DNA of 64,000 nucleotides from Calcarisporiella thermophila CBS 279.70. Taxonomy: Eukaryota; Fungi; Calcarisporiellomycota. The stretch covers positions 136,092 through 200,091 of the forward strand of contig NW_027192209.1 in the NCBI RefSeq assembly GCF_041956535.1. Direction: 5' to 3'. The notes beneath the pieces are model-generated. The model had not been told where the DNA came from and did no database searches. It worked only from the letters and a program-made list of their open reading frames with translations. Below, in pieces: positions 50,493-63,893 of this stretch. Made by a program: the position numbers and the translations under genes. Each line of letters starts with the position of its first letter. Position 1 is the first letter of the stretch.

Positions 50493-51218
50493 AGCAAATG
50501 GCCCTGGTAGTTCTCTCTTTGATTCTTCGTCTTCCTTTACTTTTTCTACTTCTATTTACACTTCATTCATTCATACCCCCTCCCCTATTCATTTCATATC
50601 CAAAAGATATATTCTAAATAAAACACACGATGCTGAACACAAGCTCGCAGCCTCGGATCTATAATTTGGAGGCCAATGATGAAGAGATCTACTCTAAAGT
50701 TGCTTGGAAACTAACCTCTAACTCTTTTTTATTAGAAAAGGAGACGCTTGTGGGCGGGGGCCAGTCGGGCCGCATCGTATCGGGCGTGAGGGTGTACAAG
50801 CGGTTTCCATGCATGCGAGTCCACCTCTTCTCCCCAGATCAAGGATCAAGGGAAGGCGTCTCCACTCACGGCCCTTATGGTCACCAAATTGTTTATCGCG
50901 AAAACAACCATCGGGCATGAGAATGGAAAAAGCGCTGGGGAGCTTAAAATAGGATTTGTGTAACAGAAAAGATTGAGGCTGGAGCTGATTTTTATTGGGC
51001 ACGGCGTGGAATTAAGAAGCGGTGCCTCACTCGGTTTCGATGTAATAATACTTAAAAAAAATAACAAACGGATTGAAACTCTGGTTAATCCATTAACAAT
51101 CCTCTCCTTCATCGCTACCCTCTCCTTATCATCGAATTCCCTTTCCTTATTTCCATTTATCATTTCTCTCTTTGCACACATACGTAACGCGCATTTATTT
51201 GTGATTTTTGAATTACCA

Positions 51219-52671
51219 ATGCCAGTCAGAGCATTAGCATGGGTGGGATTCCTGTGCTTGGTTCTCTCGGCCTCTAGTCTCTGCTACGGCCAAAGGCATA
51301 GGGCCGCGAACATAAGAGGTAATTCAGTGCTTTGTTTATTTAGTCTTTGTGGTGCTGAATGCATTTCTCTCCATGATTAGCACTTGATCCATCCACTGTC
51401 CGTATCAGGCATTCATCACGCTGGCTTCTAGCCCGCGCAGAGAATCAGGAGAGCGTCCAATGCTCCAATGTCAATACCACGTGTAATTGCGCGGCCAACG
51501 AAAAATGCGAAATGACTCTCCGATCGCGGACCAAATGCCCGGAAATAAAATGCGTGCCGCGTACTTCGGAATCGAAAGAATCTCAGGAGAGCACCGCGTC
51601 CCCTGGAAATGAAGCCGTGATTGGAGGAGTTGTAGGGGGTATTGTCGCCTTGATTATGATGGGAGTTGGCTATTTCTTGTACAGGCGCTTTGTACAAGAG
51701 CAGCGGCCTTGGCCTTCCATGTTTAGAAGAGGCAATCGCTCGAGATCAGACAGCATCAAAGGCTTGCGTGAAACGGTAGGTGGCCATCTGCTTCGTATAC
51801 GGCTAGAGCCTCTATTCATGCGCATTCATTCTACTTTCTGTAGAGCGAGGCTGAGAATATGGATCGCTCCACCTCTGCCATCATTCCTATCGGTTACATT
51901 CCACCCTTACCTGACGAAGATCAGGAGACACTTCCCCCTCCTACGCCGATGTCCGATATCGGAGAAAATCGGCGTGAGACCATCATCAAAACTGCAGACC
52001 GCATTCGAATCCATTCCCCACAGCCGATGGGTCCGGGTTCGGATGGCGGAGGTGCAACCACGGCCACCACGGTGATGCGCGCTCGCCCTCAGTTGATGCG
52101 TGTTATCTCCAAGAGGCAACCCAAAGAGAATGGGCCCGGGTCCATGCAGCCGACGCCCGAGGCCGATCAAACCGACTCGAAAACCTACGAGAAGCCCGAT
52201 GCGATGGGGGACACTGGGGTCGACGAAGAAGCGAGCAGGACTCCTATTAATTCCTCGGACTCCCCCCTCTTGCAGGCCGAAGCGAACACCAAGCCGCAGG
52301 CACGACCGGTAATCACTTCCGGACATCCGAGCACGACGGTCGAAGATGACCCCCTTCGACCTCTTAGCTTCGTTGAAAGTAGAGGCGAAATCCAAACAGC
52401 GCCTTCCACCGCCACCCTAGACGCCGGGTCTACAGCCCCCAGCGCTACCCAGCAGCTCGTCACCCCCAATAGGCCTATCTCCGTGCACCTAACCGACGAG
52501 GACCTCAACCGCCCCTTGAGCATTGCCTACACTGCCGGCCACGCACTATCTCGACCATATAGCGGGACGAGTGAGGAAAATGCGCAGGAATGGGAGGCTT
52601 TGGAGAAGCAGCTTGCAAAGCTGGATGAAATGGATATGACGCTGGAGGAGACCATGTCTGGCCCCCGGTGA
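51219..52671 (+). CDS. Opy2-like single-pass membrane sensor/anchor
   Basis: Signal peptide; Cys-rich VQCSNVNTTCNCAANEKCEMTLRSRTKCPEIKCVP; TM AVIGGVVGGIVALIMMGVGYFLY; cytoplasmic STSAIIPIGYIPP resembling the conserved IPIAYIPG motif of Opy2 proteins. Confidence 0.75.
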
Positions 52672-53188
52672 TCTTATCTTCTGGTCCTCGCTCCCCTTTC
52701 CTGTAGCCACTCTCACTTTGTTTGTTTATTCATGTTCACCTTTCCTTCCCGCCCCTCCCGCCCACATCCTCCCGCTTAATCCCATCTCTAATATGTTTAG
52801 ATATTTTTATCTTATTTTTTTGTACTTATTGTTGTGCTATTTCTCGCCCGCTTGCCTTGATATTCCCACCGCTTTCCTCCTCCTTCTCCTTCATACGGTC
52901 GGCGGGCAAAGTTGGCTCTTTTTCTGTATCTCTAATACCCCTTTCCATTGTCTACATTGGCCCTTTTTGCTCAATGAAAAAAAAAAGGTTACGTAGTTTT
53001 ATTTTGGGTTAAGAAAGAAAAGAGAAGTAGCTTGAGACAGTTCGTACAATAGGGATAGAGTGAAAGAGAAAGAGGGAGGGAGCGAGAGAGAGAGAGAGAA
53101 ATATATATGTAGATGTAGATAGGCTACAAAGACTGGGAAATTGGATATCGAGGCGGGAACCAAGCAACCCCCTCTAAAGCAGTGTCCA

Positions 53189-55721
53189 TTACTCAGCATA
53201 GTTATCATTTAAAGACAGATATCCATTCTTGACCACCCCGACCTTTCGGGCGATGGCGCGGAATCGATCCTTGTTGGAGGGATCCGCCTTCAGCTTCTTC
53301 TTGAAGAAGTGCAGGAAATCCTTGGTGACAATGGGCTGCTTCTCACGGAGCAGCTTCACCACCTCATCAATGGTGATGAGGTTCTCGTCTAGAATGAAAA
53401 ATAAAAAAGCCCCATGATACTTCGAAAAAAGGGGGGGGGGAGGGTGAATAGACAGAGAACACTTACCAGAGGGCTCGGTTGGAGACGCGCTTGCGGATGG
53501 ACTGACGCTAGGGCTACCGGCCAGTGGAGAGGGCGAGCTGGCAGGGGGTGCCGGCGAGGGCGAGGAAATATACATACGAGGCTCTATTGGTTCCTAGGGA
53601 GGGGTGCGAACAAATAAGGGTCAGGGCAGTCCAATGGATGAGAACAGAGCCAGCCCGGCATCTGCAGATGGTTTACCTTTTTCACCTTCACCTCCTTGGT
53701 AGCATCTCCAGCTTCCACTCTTGCCTTCCCCTTTTTATCCTCCACGCCGGGTTCGATGCGCTTCCGCTTCTTGCCCTCTTCTCCGCGCTCAACTTTGACC
53801 TTGACTCCCTCGGCCCCACCCTCCATTCGTTTGCGCTTTTTCATCTCCGCCATGGGTAGAGTGGATGGCGGCTTGTTCGCAAACGAAGCAGAAGTGGGCG
53901 CCTTCACCAGATTCTTGGAGGATTTGGCCGGCTCCTTAACCATTTTCTTGGCCAGCAAACCAGCACTAGTGGGTTTCAGATCCTTGATCTTGTTGGTACG
54001 TTTATCAGGGACAGCAGAGGGTTTGGTTGCTTGTGGTGTGGAGGGTCGGGACTGAGAGGAGTTGGCCTCCTCCTGCTTGATTAGCTTTTCTAGATCGAAC
54101 TCTTCCTCATCAGAGGACGTTAGTTCCTCCTCGCTCTATGGAGACAGAGTTTCCAAAAAGAAGGGGGGAGGGAGATCCTGTTAATGATCCATACTCTCTT
54201 TGCGCCATCTTAAGTGCTCTCGATATTACCAGATTCGCATACGGATCCTTCTCGTCATCCTCACTTGCGTATGCTTTGTTCTTGTCCACCTTCAGCATCA
54301 GCTTTTTCAGCCCCTTCCCATCCTCTGTTAGCTCCTCTTTCACTTCCGTCTCATCCTCGTCCATATCCTCCTCCAAATTGCCTCTTTGGCCAATTTTATA
54401 TTTCTGACCCTGTATATTGAGGAAAGGATTAGGTTCACTACTAACTCCCAAGGATCAGTCGGGCATTTCAAAAGCTCACCAGCTCCTTTTTAGCCGTTTC
54501 TTCGTCCTTCCCCAGCTCATCAATAGGTTCTTCGTCGTCAGATCGAACTCGAGTGAAATCTAGTTCGTCATCGTCATCGGCAGCTTCTCGCTCTCGGCGA
54601 GGCTTGCTCTCTTCATCGTCATCCCACCGGTTTCTACAAAATCCAGAGATATACTTTGTCAGTCACCCTTCTCCGCGGGAGAACTAAAGCTGCATCTATC
54701 GTGATATACCCTTCACCATGATCTACTAAACGCAGTCGCCGCCCACCCCTAGCCGGTGCAGCGACCGAGGAGGAAGCTTCACCGTTCTCTCCAGGTCTAA
54801 ATATCCTGTCTGCCTTCTCCATTATTTTTCCTCTCAGCTTTAGCTAATAAAATGAACCACAAAATAGAGATGAGCAATGCAAGTACAAAGGCACATTGCC
54901 ACTGTTGAGAAAATTGGCCGTCCTCACTTCTTGTTCAAGTTCCTCAGGAGTTTTCTTAATGGTCGGTTGCTTCCGAAAGGTATACCAGTATTTAGTAGGT
55001 ACAACTTTGAATCCATCCTCCTAAAAGCAAAAAAAAAAAAAAAAAAATTAGACAGTGAATACAGAGCTAGAGAAACCTCTAAAAAAATTTTTTTTCCAAC
55101 TTACTGATACCACAAACATCATATACCGAGCCTTCTGTCCGCCCTCGAGACTACCTACCCACGCATTTTGCCCGTCATCATCTTCCAGAACCCATGGCTG
55201 ATATTCACGCTTGCGCAACTCTCGCTCCCCCTCATCAGCAAGGAAGATCTGCATCGTCTTCTTTTTAAATAAGTTCTGACGATTTTTTTGTGCGCCGCCA
55301 TGGGGGGCAATCTGCTTAGCATCCTTTAAATTCTTCTTCGCGTCGGGTTTTACTGCCGATCCATCGCTTTCACCGGCTGCCGAATTCGGTGAAGAAACAA
55401 TGTGTTTAGGATTGCGGCGGCGAAGCCGGACAGGGGGTGTAAAATCTTTGGTAAGATCAACCGGTTTGTGGGAATGGAAACGCATCAAGTGATGCATCTC
55501 TTTTGACCCACCAGAACGCAACGAGAAATCGGTGAAACTTCGAGGGGCGGAACCTTGCTGTTGCTGTTGCTGCTGCTCTCCGGGGCGTGGTTTTTGTGGG
55601 GAGGTGGAGAGGGGTCTTTGGGGCTGGGAGGGGGAGTTGCGCGTGAGGGGGGCGTTGCACGATTGGAAGGAGTACCGGGCTGGGGTTGCCTCGGTTTTTT
55701 AGGCATGAAGATCTGCGACAT
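53189..55721 (-). CDS. TFG1: Transcription initiation factor TFIIF large subunit (Tfg1/RAP74); apparent frameshift near 5' end
   Basis: HHLMRFHS...FTPPVRLRRR, IAPHGGA...FKKKTMQIF, PWVLEDDDGQNAWVGSLEGG, acidic middle, C-terminal winged-helix-like LITIDEVVKLLREK. Confidence 0.9.
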
Positions 55722-56042
55722 CGTGATTATGGTGATCTCCTGATGATCTTTTAATCTAACTTTCTCCTTGCTTGGTCTCTCAAAGATTCAACAAACAAAG
55801 AGTCCTTTGAATGCTCACAAAGGAATATTTGAGAAAGAGCGGAGGGGTTTACTTGAAGTGAAATAACAAGTTGACATAGTGACCACATGCAGAGGATAGG
55901 TTTGGGATAGTTTCTGTTGATCGAGATAAGATCTCTCCCGCGTAAGAATATGTCAACGCATAAATTGTATTGATCTCTTTCCATTTCGAAAACACACCCT
56001 CTTTCTACTCACAATCCTTTGGCATTCACCCCCCAAGTCGAA

Positions 56043-56828
56043 ATGGCTCAACGGACCGCAACCGTCACCCGCAAAACTAATGAAACTGACATTTTAATTA
56101 ATCTCACCATGGACACCCCTGGCAGCAAGCAGGCAATTGACATTCAAACTGGCATAGGATTCCTAGATCATGCAAGTGTTTGGATGTTGTGCCCAGCGCA
56201 AACTTATGACCATTTAACCTCGATATAATAGATGTATCATGCACTAGCCAAACATGGGGGTTGGTCCCTCCAATTAAAATGTAACGGAGATCTTCACATT
56301 GACGACCACCACACTGCGGAAGATACTGCTATTGCACTTGGAATGGCATTCAAGCAGGCGCTTGGTGAACCCCGTGGGATCAAGCGGTTTGGCTATGCGT
56401 ATGCCCCACTCGACGAAGTAAATCACCTTTTTTGGACCTACTTTTCCGGGTCACCATTCATCTCACCTTTTTGTGATTCAAGGCTCTATCCAGAGTCGTA
56501 GTAGATATCTCAGGGCGCCCTTTTGCCGACGTAGATCTTGGGTTAAAGCGCGAGATGATTGGACAACTATCATGCGAAATGATACCACACGTCCTTCAGT
56601 CTTTTGCTTTCTCAGCGGGGATCACATTGCATGTCGATGTCTTGAAGGGAAATAACGATCACCATCGGTATAAATACGAAATAGGCTCTTCAAAGAGGTG
56701 TTGGGCTGATGATACTTGGTATTCTTGATAGGGCTGAGTCGGCATTCAAAGCACTTGCGGTTGCTTTGAAGATGGCCACTAAACGCACTGGGAGCGACGA
56801 TGTCCCCAGCACTAAGGGTGTTTTATAA
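56043..56828 (+). CDS. HIS3: Imidazoleglycerol-phosphate dehydratase
   Basis: [16 protein letters not shown]|[30 protein letters not shown]|[26 protein letters not shown]|[16 protein letters not shown]. Confidence 0.97.
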
Positions 56829-57034
56829 ATATCGGTCTGAAAGTCGACCATTGACATATTTCTGGCCGTGGGGCAAAGGGGGAGGGAGGGAGGGAGAATA
56901 GAGATGAATTAAATGAAATAAATTGGGCCCCAATTTCAGTTTATTCATAACAAGTGTATATAAAAGCTCTAATTTCTAACTCTCCAACACCACCTCAACA
57001 ACAGTACCAGCATGATTCCCCAGAAAATGGTCAT

Positions 57035-58151
57035 TCAAACTGAGGCAGAAGCAGCAGTTGCATCCTCTGGAAGCACCTGCTTCAAGAATTCGACCATGTC
57101 TCGTAATTCTTGTGGAGAGCTGGAGTGGCCCATCCCACGATAGCTCTTAAAAGTAACATTGTAGCCTAGCTCCTTCAAGCGAAGGTGACTATTCATGCCA
57201 TAGGCAAATTGCACTACCTAAAACATCGATGGAAAATTAGAGCAATGCATTAGAAAATGAAGCCCCTCTTCGCTCTCCATACCGGGTCAGCTTCGCCATG
57301 GCACATCAAGATGGGAGTTTTCTTGTTTACATTCGACTCCATCTGTGATTAAAGGGAATAGATAAGCAAAAACAATCCAAACGCTGTAGCAGAGAATAGT
57401 ATTCACCCTGCCGATCTTGGTGCGAAGAGGTAAGTAGGTACTAAGCATGATGAAACCGGCCAATTTATATTCTGTCGTAAGGCCAGTAAAACAAGTAACA
57501 GCACCCCCTGGATGACAGGCACATGTCCCTTTAAGTCAATTATCCTTGCTTCATGAGGTTAATAAGCATACACTCACCCTGTGAAAATCCTCCAAGAACA
57601 ATACGGCTGGCAGGGATACCGTTATCTACCTCTTCCCGTATTATAGAGGTCACTGGAATCAATTTGCAAAAATTTAGCAACGATTAATTCCTATTTTAAA
57701 TGCGCCATACATACCGCTACGAGACGATTCCGTCAAACCTTTTTCGTCCTCGTGCTCTTCTAAGCTGCTCAAGCTCACGATATCGTACCAGCTTGGCATT
57801 TTCATTCCCATGTTGAGAGTCACTGGTTGAATTGGACTAGAATTAGGGGTTGTGAGATATGAGCTTCCCTAACCAAACGATTACCCAAGAATAATAAGCT
57901 TTGAAAACTTACGCATTGGGTAGGATGAATTTCGTATGAGGAAAGAGCGGCGCAATCTCTCGAGCAACAGGAGCCCTTTTGTTGTCCAACACAGTGATTA
58001 GTTCGGATCAGAAAACTGTAAGCAGTAGAAGAATTATGTAACCCCACCATCCTTCCCCGGTATCCCCCAGACCATGCAAGAAAACAACAGTAGAAGTGTG
58101 TCTTCCCACTGGATTGATGATAACTTTGGTAAGAGGTCGTGCAGCCATCAT
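57035..58151 (-). CDS. Acyl-protein thioesterase 1 / lysophospholipase (APT1/LYPLA family)
   Basis: HTSTVVFLHGLGDTGEGW, FPHTKFILPN, PVTLNMGMKMPSWYDI, RIVLGGFSQG|GA, PILMCHGEADP, YRGMGHSSSPQE; heavily spliced, so not visible as one ORF. Confidence 0.93.
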
Positions 58152-59345
58152 GAACGCAATGTCCCTTATCCCCCCCCCTCGGTTCTAGGTCAATTAGAGG
58201 ACAGCGGCTTAGACAGATTGCAAGCCACACTCCAGCAATGCAACGCGCAGAAATGCAATGCAGCTCTTGGACGCAGTACATCGAGCGTAGTTAGCGTAGA
58301 TTCACAGGAAACTGTCTAATTGCTGGAGAAAACGAGGGAGAAATGAGCACTCTATAACGCAGAGCTTTTTTTTTTTCTCGTATTAAGCATCTTTTATTTG
58401 CTCATCCTTAATGAAATTCCGGTTATTTGGTGGCGAGGGTGGTGGTGGAGAACAAGGGAGCCCAAAAAAAAATAATAAAAATAATAATTGAATTACAGAA
58501 ATAATAACAATAGCAGTGATATTTAGCAAGAGAAAGAGCAAGGGAGAAGGAAAAAGAAGCTCCCTCATAAAATGATATTAATGTTATTAATAGAGTTAAA
58601 TTTAGATCCAGACTCACATAGAAAAGGAAAAGGAAAAAAATACTTTCCAGCGATCTTGCAGAGAGTTTTTTTTTCTACTCCTCTTCTCTAACCATTGCCA
58701 TCTGCGAAGTACAGCTAGAAACGAAAGGCGCCACGAAAAAAAAAATAAAACACAGAAAGGAATGCATTTTGGGGAAGAGGACTAGGGTCAAAGAACGGCC
58801 AGTTCTCAACAGAGGCCATGCCTTCATTTAGCCATGGTCTGATCCTCTTCTGACGCTTGAACTCTGAAAGAACCCTTCGAAAAGGATGGAGAGGCGAATG
58901 GAACACCAATAGATACTCCGGGCGCAACTCTAAACTTCATATGGACGTATAAGGAAAATTCAATCAAGCGTTGTTTTTGTGTTTGTTGTTTATCCCCTTT
59001 GTGCTTGCAAACTTGTGCAGATTCGAGCACAACAAAACTCCTCTCGAACAGATGGTCTAAACTTAATTACGCGCGCAATGCTTCCCAGCAATCTTAGGAT
59101 ATGTATATTCCACGTTTCCATGAAGTACCATTTGCGAATCCGGGGTGGTAGTGGGCGGAAGAGCAGGAGGGGGATAGAATTAAACGGTTTGACACGTTCT
59201 TGGGCCCCAACCGGTTCTCATATATATACCGCCAACCCACCGCCGGAATCCTTCTTCCCCCCTTTTCTTTCTCCACACTTTCTCTTGCTTTATTACATTC
59301 CCCATTGTATTTTATCTCCTTCACTACGGGTCGGCTTACATTTGA

Positions 59346-61159
59346 TTGCTACCAGCGCAAACAGCTTCGAGCGTCATTCGAACTTCCATCTCTCAAGCCC
59401 CGTACGTCAATTCCTCTTGGTCCACATTTCACTTCGACAATTCAGCAGAGATGAATTTGTCTGCCGAGCACACCGTTTCTTCCTCACAGCAACAACAATA
59501 CTTCGCGCACGTAGGGCAGTATGGAAATTACGTACACTCTCGAATTGATGAGTGAGTTCTCTCTTCTTCTTGATTCCCACCTACAATTAAAGAGCCTCCC
59601 TTTTTGATTAGTCATTTTCTTCCCGATGGAGTCAAGACCGAGTACGTGGATCATCATTTTCTCAATCACCCCCAGCCTTACTCCGCGTATTCATTTCAGC
59701 CCCTGCCGTCGCCAACGGTTGCTGCAAGCCCTGTTCCAAGCAGTATCCCCTCGACCACGCCTGAGTATCCCCATCGTACCGTCTATAGTCAGTCACCTTC
59801 TCTCGATGATAGAGAGGTGGGCTCCTCGGCTAATAGTACAGAAGAGCCGATTGTAGTTTCAAGCAGCCAGGTGCCAAGCACACCCCGGTATGTTGTGTGC
59901 CTGGACGCCAAAACCGCCATTACTCGGATCGACGAATGTACAATGACATACCTAAATAAAGGCCAGTACTATTCCCTTCTGTTGAACAGCAATGAGTTTT
60001 ACTCTGGTGATGTGACTTGTTCGGTCCGCTTGATGTTCCATGACCCGAAGGACCGAGCCAAACAGGAAACTCTGTGGAAATATTGGTATATCATCGTGAT
60101 TTTTCAAGAGTGCGTGGGTTGTTCTAATACTTAAGCGTTTATTCCGCGTTTAGGCTTAAGCTGCCCAATGTCAATGTTAACACTCGTGTCATCGAGGTTG
60201 AAAAGTCTTCAGCTTTCAATGCGAAAAATTTCCAGTACAAGGGGTTTAACCACATCCAGTTCCAGTGGAACGCTCAACAGGGTGTACGACTGCAACTGCG
60301 TTTCAACTGTTTGTCCACCGATTTTTCGATGATCAAAGGTATTAAAGGGATTCCACTCCGGTTGCATGTGCAAAATCGCATCGAGGGAGTGCCACACACA
60401 GTAGAGCGCTGCTTTTGTCGGGTTAAACTCTTCCGGGATAAGGGTGCGGAGCGCAAGCACAAGGACGACATCGCACAAATCAAACGGCAGATGGCAAAAA
60501 TGAAAGGTACCCCCATAGAGCACCCTCTATTGCTTAACAGCCCCACTAGTATCGATCCTAACTTCATTTGATCCATTCATGAAGGAGCAGATGCACCTTG
60601 CCCAGTTGCTGCGTCGCATCTTGGAGAGCCTCGGACCTTCCTCACGACTTACCCTCGAGATGATTGCGATATTTCAGATAACGACTGTGAGGTAGATATC
60701 AACGAGATAGCCAAGAATCTGAACTCGGATTCCGAATCCGACTCCTCCTCATCCGGTGAATCCGTTCCTGGATTGATTCGTCGTCGCAGGCTCTCACACC
60801 TTGGATTGGATCAGGAGCCGCTTGATTTTGATCCCACTTACGTGCCTGTACGAAAGCGCAGACGGGTGCTATCGCTTTTTGTTCGCTCGCCTCGAGACGT
60901 GCAATATTACGCCATCTATTTGAATGAACTAAAAGTCGACGACCTGAAGGCCAAGATTGCGGAGAAGCTCGGGTTCGACGTGTCTGTTGTAAGCAATGTG
61001 GTGAGATATACCACACGCGGGGGTATGGCAGTCGCACTTGACGATGCTGACGTGAAGCAAATGGAGGAGGAAATGCCGCTCACAGTCGAGCTTCTGGTTC
61101 CTCCTAATGGTAATGCCCACAGTGGTAACAATGGCTACACATTAGCATTGCATTATTAA
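59346..61159 (+). CDS. CP2/Grainyhead-family transcription factor (start uncertain)
   Basis: TMTYLNKGQYYSL, SVRLMFHD, FNCLSTDFSMIKGIKGIPLRL, CFCRVKLFRDKGAERKHKDD; C-terminal LSLFVR...YYAIYLNELKVDDLKAKIAEK...VALDDADV domain. Confidence 0.93.
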
Positions 61160-61220
61160 TCCGGGGGGAGGGGAGGAGGGAATCTCAAAACGAAATCATT
61201 CTCCCTCATCGTCCAAATAT

Positions 61221-61275
61221 TACAGATACAGATACAGATACAAATACACATATATATACACATACATATGTAGAT
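61221..61275. repeat. (GATACA)n/(CATA)n low-complexity repeat in Grainyhead 3' UTR
   Basis: tacagatacagatacagatacaaatacacatatatatacacatacatatgtagata. Confidence 0.75.
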
Positions 61276-61976
61276 ATCATTATGTAGATATCTCTGACGA
61301 ACAAAAACAAAAAAACGAGCGAGAAAAAAGCCTTTGAGCGAAGCTTTTCTTTTTATTATTTCGTTTTCCATTGTAAATTGTGAATTCAAGTTCTTTTTTT
61401 ATTTGCTATTTTCATTATACCTTTTTCTCTTTTCATATTCCATTCACGTGTGCATGTTATGGAGCACATAGGATAAGTGTGTTGATTATGTGCAATTGTG
61501 ACAGTAAAGCCGAAAGTTGTTCAGTTTGATTCATTGGAATGGATATCCTAAAACGGTCTGGTGGTGGTGATTTGGAGATTAAATTCAATCTGTAATTTTA
61601 TTAGTGTCCATGTAGACATAATCTCGTCATATTTAAAATGTTTACTAGAAATGTCGAGTAGGAAACGGAAGAGCGAGTGTCCCAACCTATAACTAATTTG
61701 CAATCAAGGGAAATAAAAACAGTATGAGGGGGGTTTACATAGAAGATTGTATTATAAAATACTGTAGAAAATGGAATAAACACACATCTTGAAGAAATAG
61801 AGCAGAAGAATGTACAAAATATACGCAAGACTCAACGTAGCAAAGGGTAGGAAAAAAAAGTTGATAGAGAGGTGGCAAGTGCGTTAAAATATCCCTTTAA
61901 GAAAATCCCAATGAAAAAGCACAAGAATTTATAAAATATAAATGCAAGAGGCGAAGGGTTTTTTTCTCTTTTTTCG

Positions 61977-63893
61977 TTAAAATGTAAATAAGCTCGAATG
62001 CTTTCTTCCCGTGGGATAGACAACCAGCGTTGACATGAACAACCCAACCGTGATAGCAAGCGAGATGATAATCATCTGAAAAGCGAAATTGGTTCCATGG
62101 GTTAGGTCATCCGTTAGTAGCAGGAGCGTGCCTTTTACCCCCAGAGAACCTAAACATGATAAAAGGAGGTTGAGGATACTATGGTCAAGATATTTCCTGT
62201 TGCATATCTGGTTATTTACCAGGAACCAGTAAGAGGATAGCGCAGAGGATAGGAACATAGGCAGCCCTATGGGTGAAACGTGAATAAAGGTTCCCTGTCA
62301 ACCCACACATAAATGCAGCTATGGCCGCCGACCCATTCGCCGGCATGGTTGTGATGTTTGCGGAGAGTAGAGAGGCCATATAGGCAACGGCGGAGACCGC
62401 GACAATGACGGGCCATTGCTTTGGAGTAGCTCGCAGTGAAACAGCCAACGCACAGGCCAAGGGCGGGAACAGGATAACGAGCCAATACCATTCCAGGGGA
62501 GAGTGGCATATAGCCGCGGAGTCGACCGATTTCCAGTGCATGATGGCCTCGATGGAGTTCCATAGAGCAGCGCCTATTGAAAATCCAAATCCCAGAAAAA
62601 GGGCGTACATTAATGCGTACATCATGCGGACCGTGCCGGCCACGATATGCCGTGACGACAGTTCAATGATGGAGATGGTCAATTGTAAACCTGGGAGGAG
62701 GATAACGGCCGCCGCCAGCACCACTGTTTGGAAACACACAAAACGGTGGAAGCTCCGCGCAATGAAGGCGACGAGGATGGAGCTGCTTACCTCGTATACA
62801 TTACCATAGTTGCGGTTATGGGATGCGAGGATCAGGAGGACTCCAACAATCAGTCCTGTGAAGGCTCCAACAGAGGCATCGAGCCAGCTACCCTTGAACA
62901 GGGTTGCTGCAGCAAATGCTCCCGACAGCATGAATGAGATTGCGAGGCCAATGTTGCCGAACATATCGGGCTCCTGTTCGATCTCTTCGAGGCGCGGAAG
63001 TGCTTCATGTGCCGTCATCTGTTTTTTGAGAACCGCACGCACGACCTCGTTCACCTCCTCAAGCTTGCCAAGGTACCAATCGGGAACACATTTAATTAAG
63101 TGTGTTTCGGAGGTGTGGGTGTCTTGATCGCCAAAGGTGACCATAAGAAGACCAGGAATAAAGACAAATTCAGCATCTACGCCAAGCGCCTCGCTCGTCG
63201 TCTCCAGAACCGATTCGATCCGGTGAGAAGGCCCTCCGCAATGCATCAACATTTTTCCTAGACGTAGCAAGAATTCTGGGGAAGAGGGAGAAAAAGTTTA
63301 GAGTTTGAGCTGCACATACGACAAAGTTCATAAGTAGACAACTAATGTGTACCTTGTCTCTCTAAAATGTCAGCTACAGCTTCTGTAATTCGAAGCTTTT
63401 CGTCCAATTGTAAAGATGAGCCATTGATATCCGTGAACGACTCCTCATCACTAATGGCCGAATAAAGACTATGTGTATCACCATTGCTAGCTCGCCTTTG
63501 ACATGGAATAGCCAAACATCCTGTCGAGAGGTTTTGGTACACGGGCATGATCCCTCTTCTCCGTCGGTATCGTGGGCGAGAATATCTCCTTCGCGGGTAT
63601 AGCTTCAAAAGATTGCTCAACACACCCCCCGTTGGCCTTGATCGCAACTCCGGACGTGTAAAGTTTTCGATCATCACAAAGGCGGCGCCCGACGCCGGTC
63701 GCCTTCCTTCATCGGGGTGGTTGGGTTCCGTGGCGATTGAAGGAGGATCACCATTGGAAACGTTAATGATTAAATGATCGTCATCACGCTGACATTCGGG
63801 AGGGGGGCTATGAGACGAGTTGTTTGAAGTGTGTGAGTTCTGCTGCTGTCTTGTGTCCACCTTTACACGTGTTTTGCCCTTGTCCTTTCGCAT
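61977..63893 (-). CDS. ThrE/DUF1212 family membrane protein (Prm10-like)
   Basis: GGVLSNLLKLY, ITEAVADILERQ|EFLLRLGKMLMHCGGPSHRIE, FIPGLLMVTFGDQDTHTSETHLI, ILLPGLQLTISIIELSSRHIVAGTVRM, LLVPG|SLGVKG, MIIISLAITVGLF. Confidence 0.92.

Noticed and set aside
50630-50920. 96-aa ATG-started ORF between chitin synthase and the Opy2-like gene
   Set aside because: No motifs or signal peptide; likely a chance ORF in promoter DNA.
57820-58281. 153-aa Cys-rich ORF overlapping the APT1 start
   Set aside because: Off-frame overlap with APT1 exon 1; could reflect an N-terminal extension broken at a G homopolymer, but unsupported.
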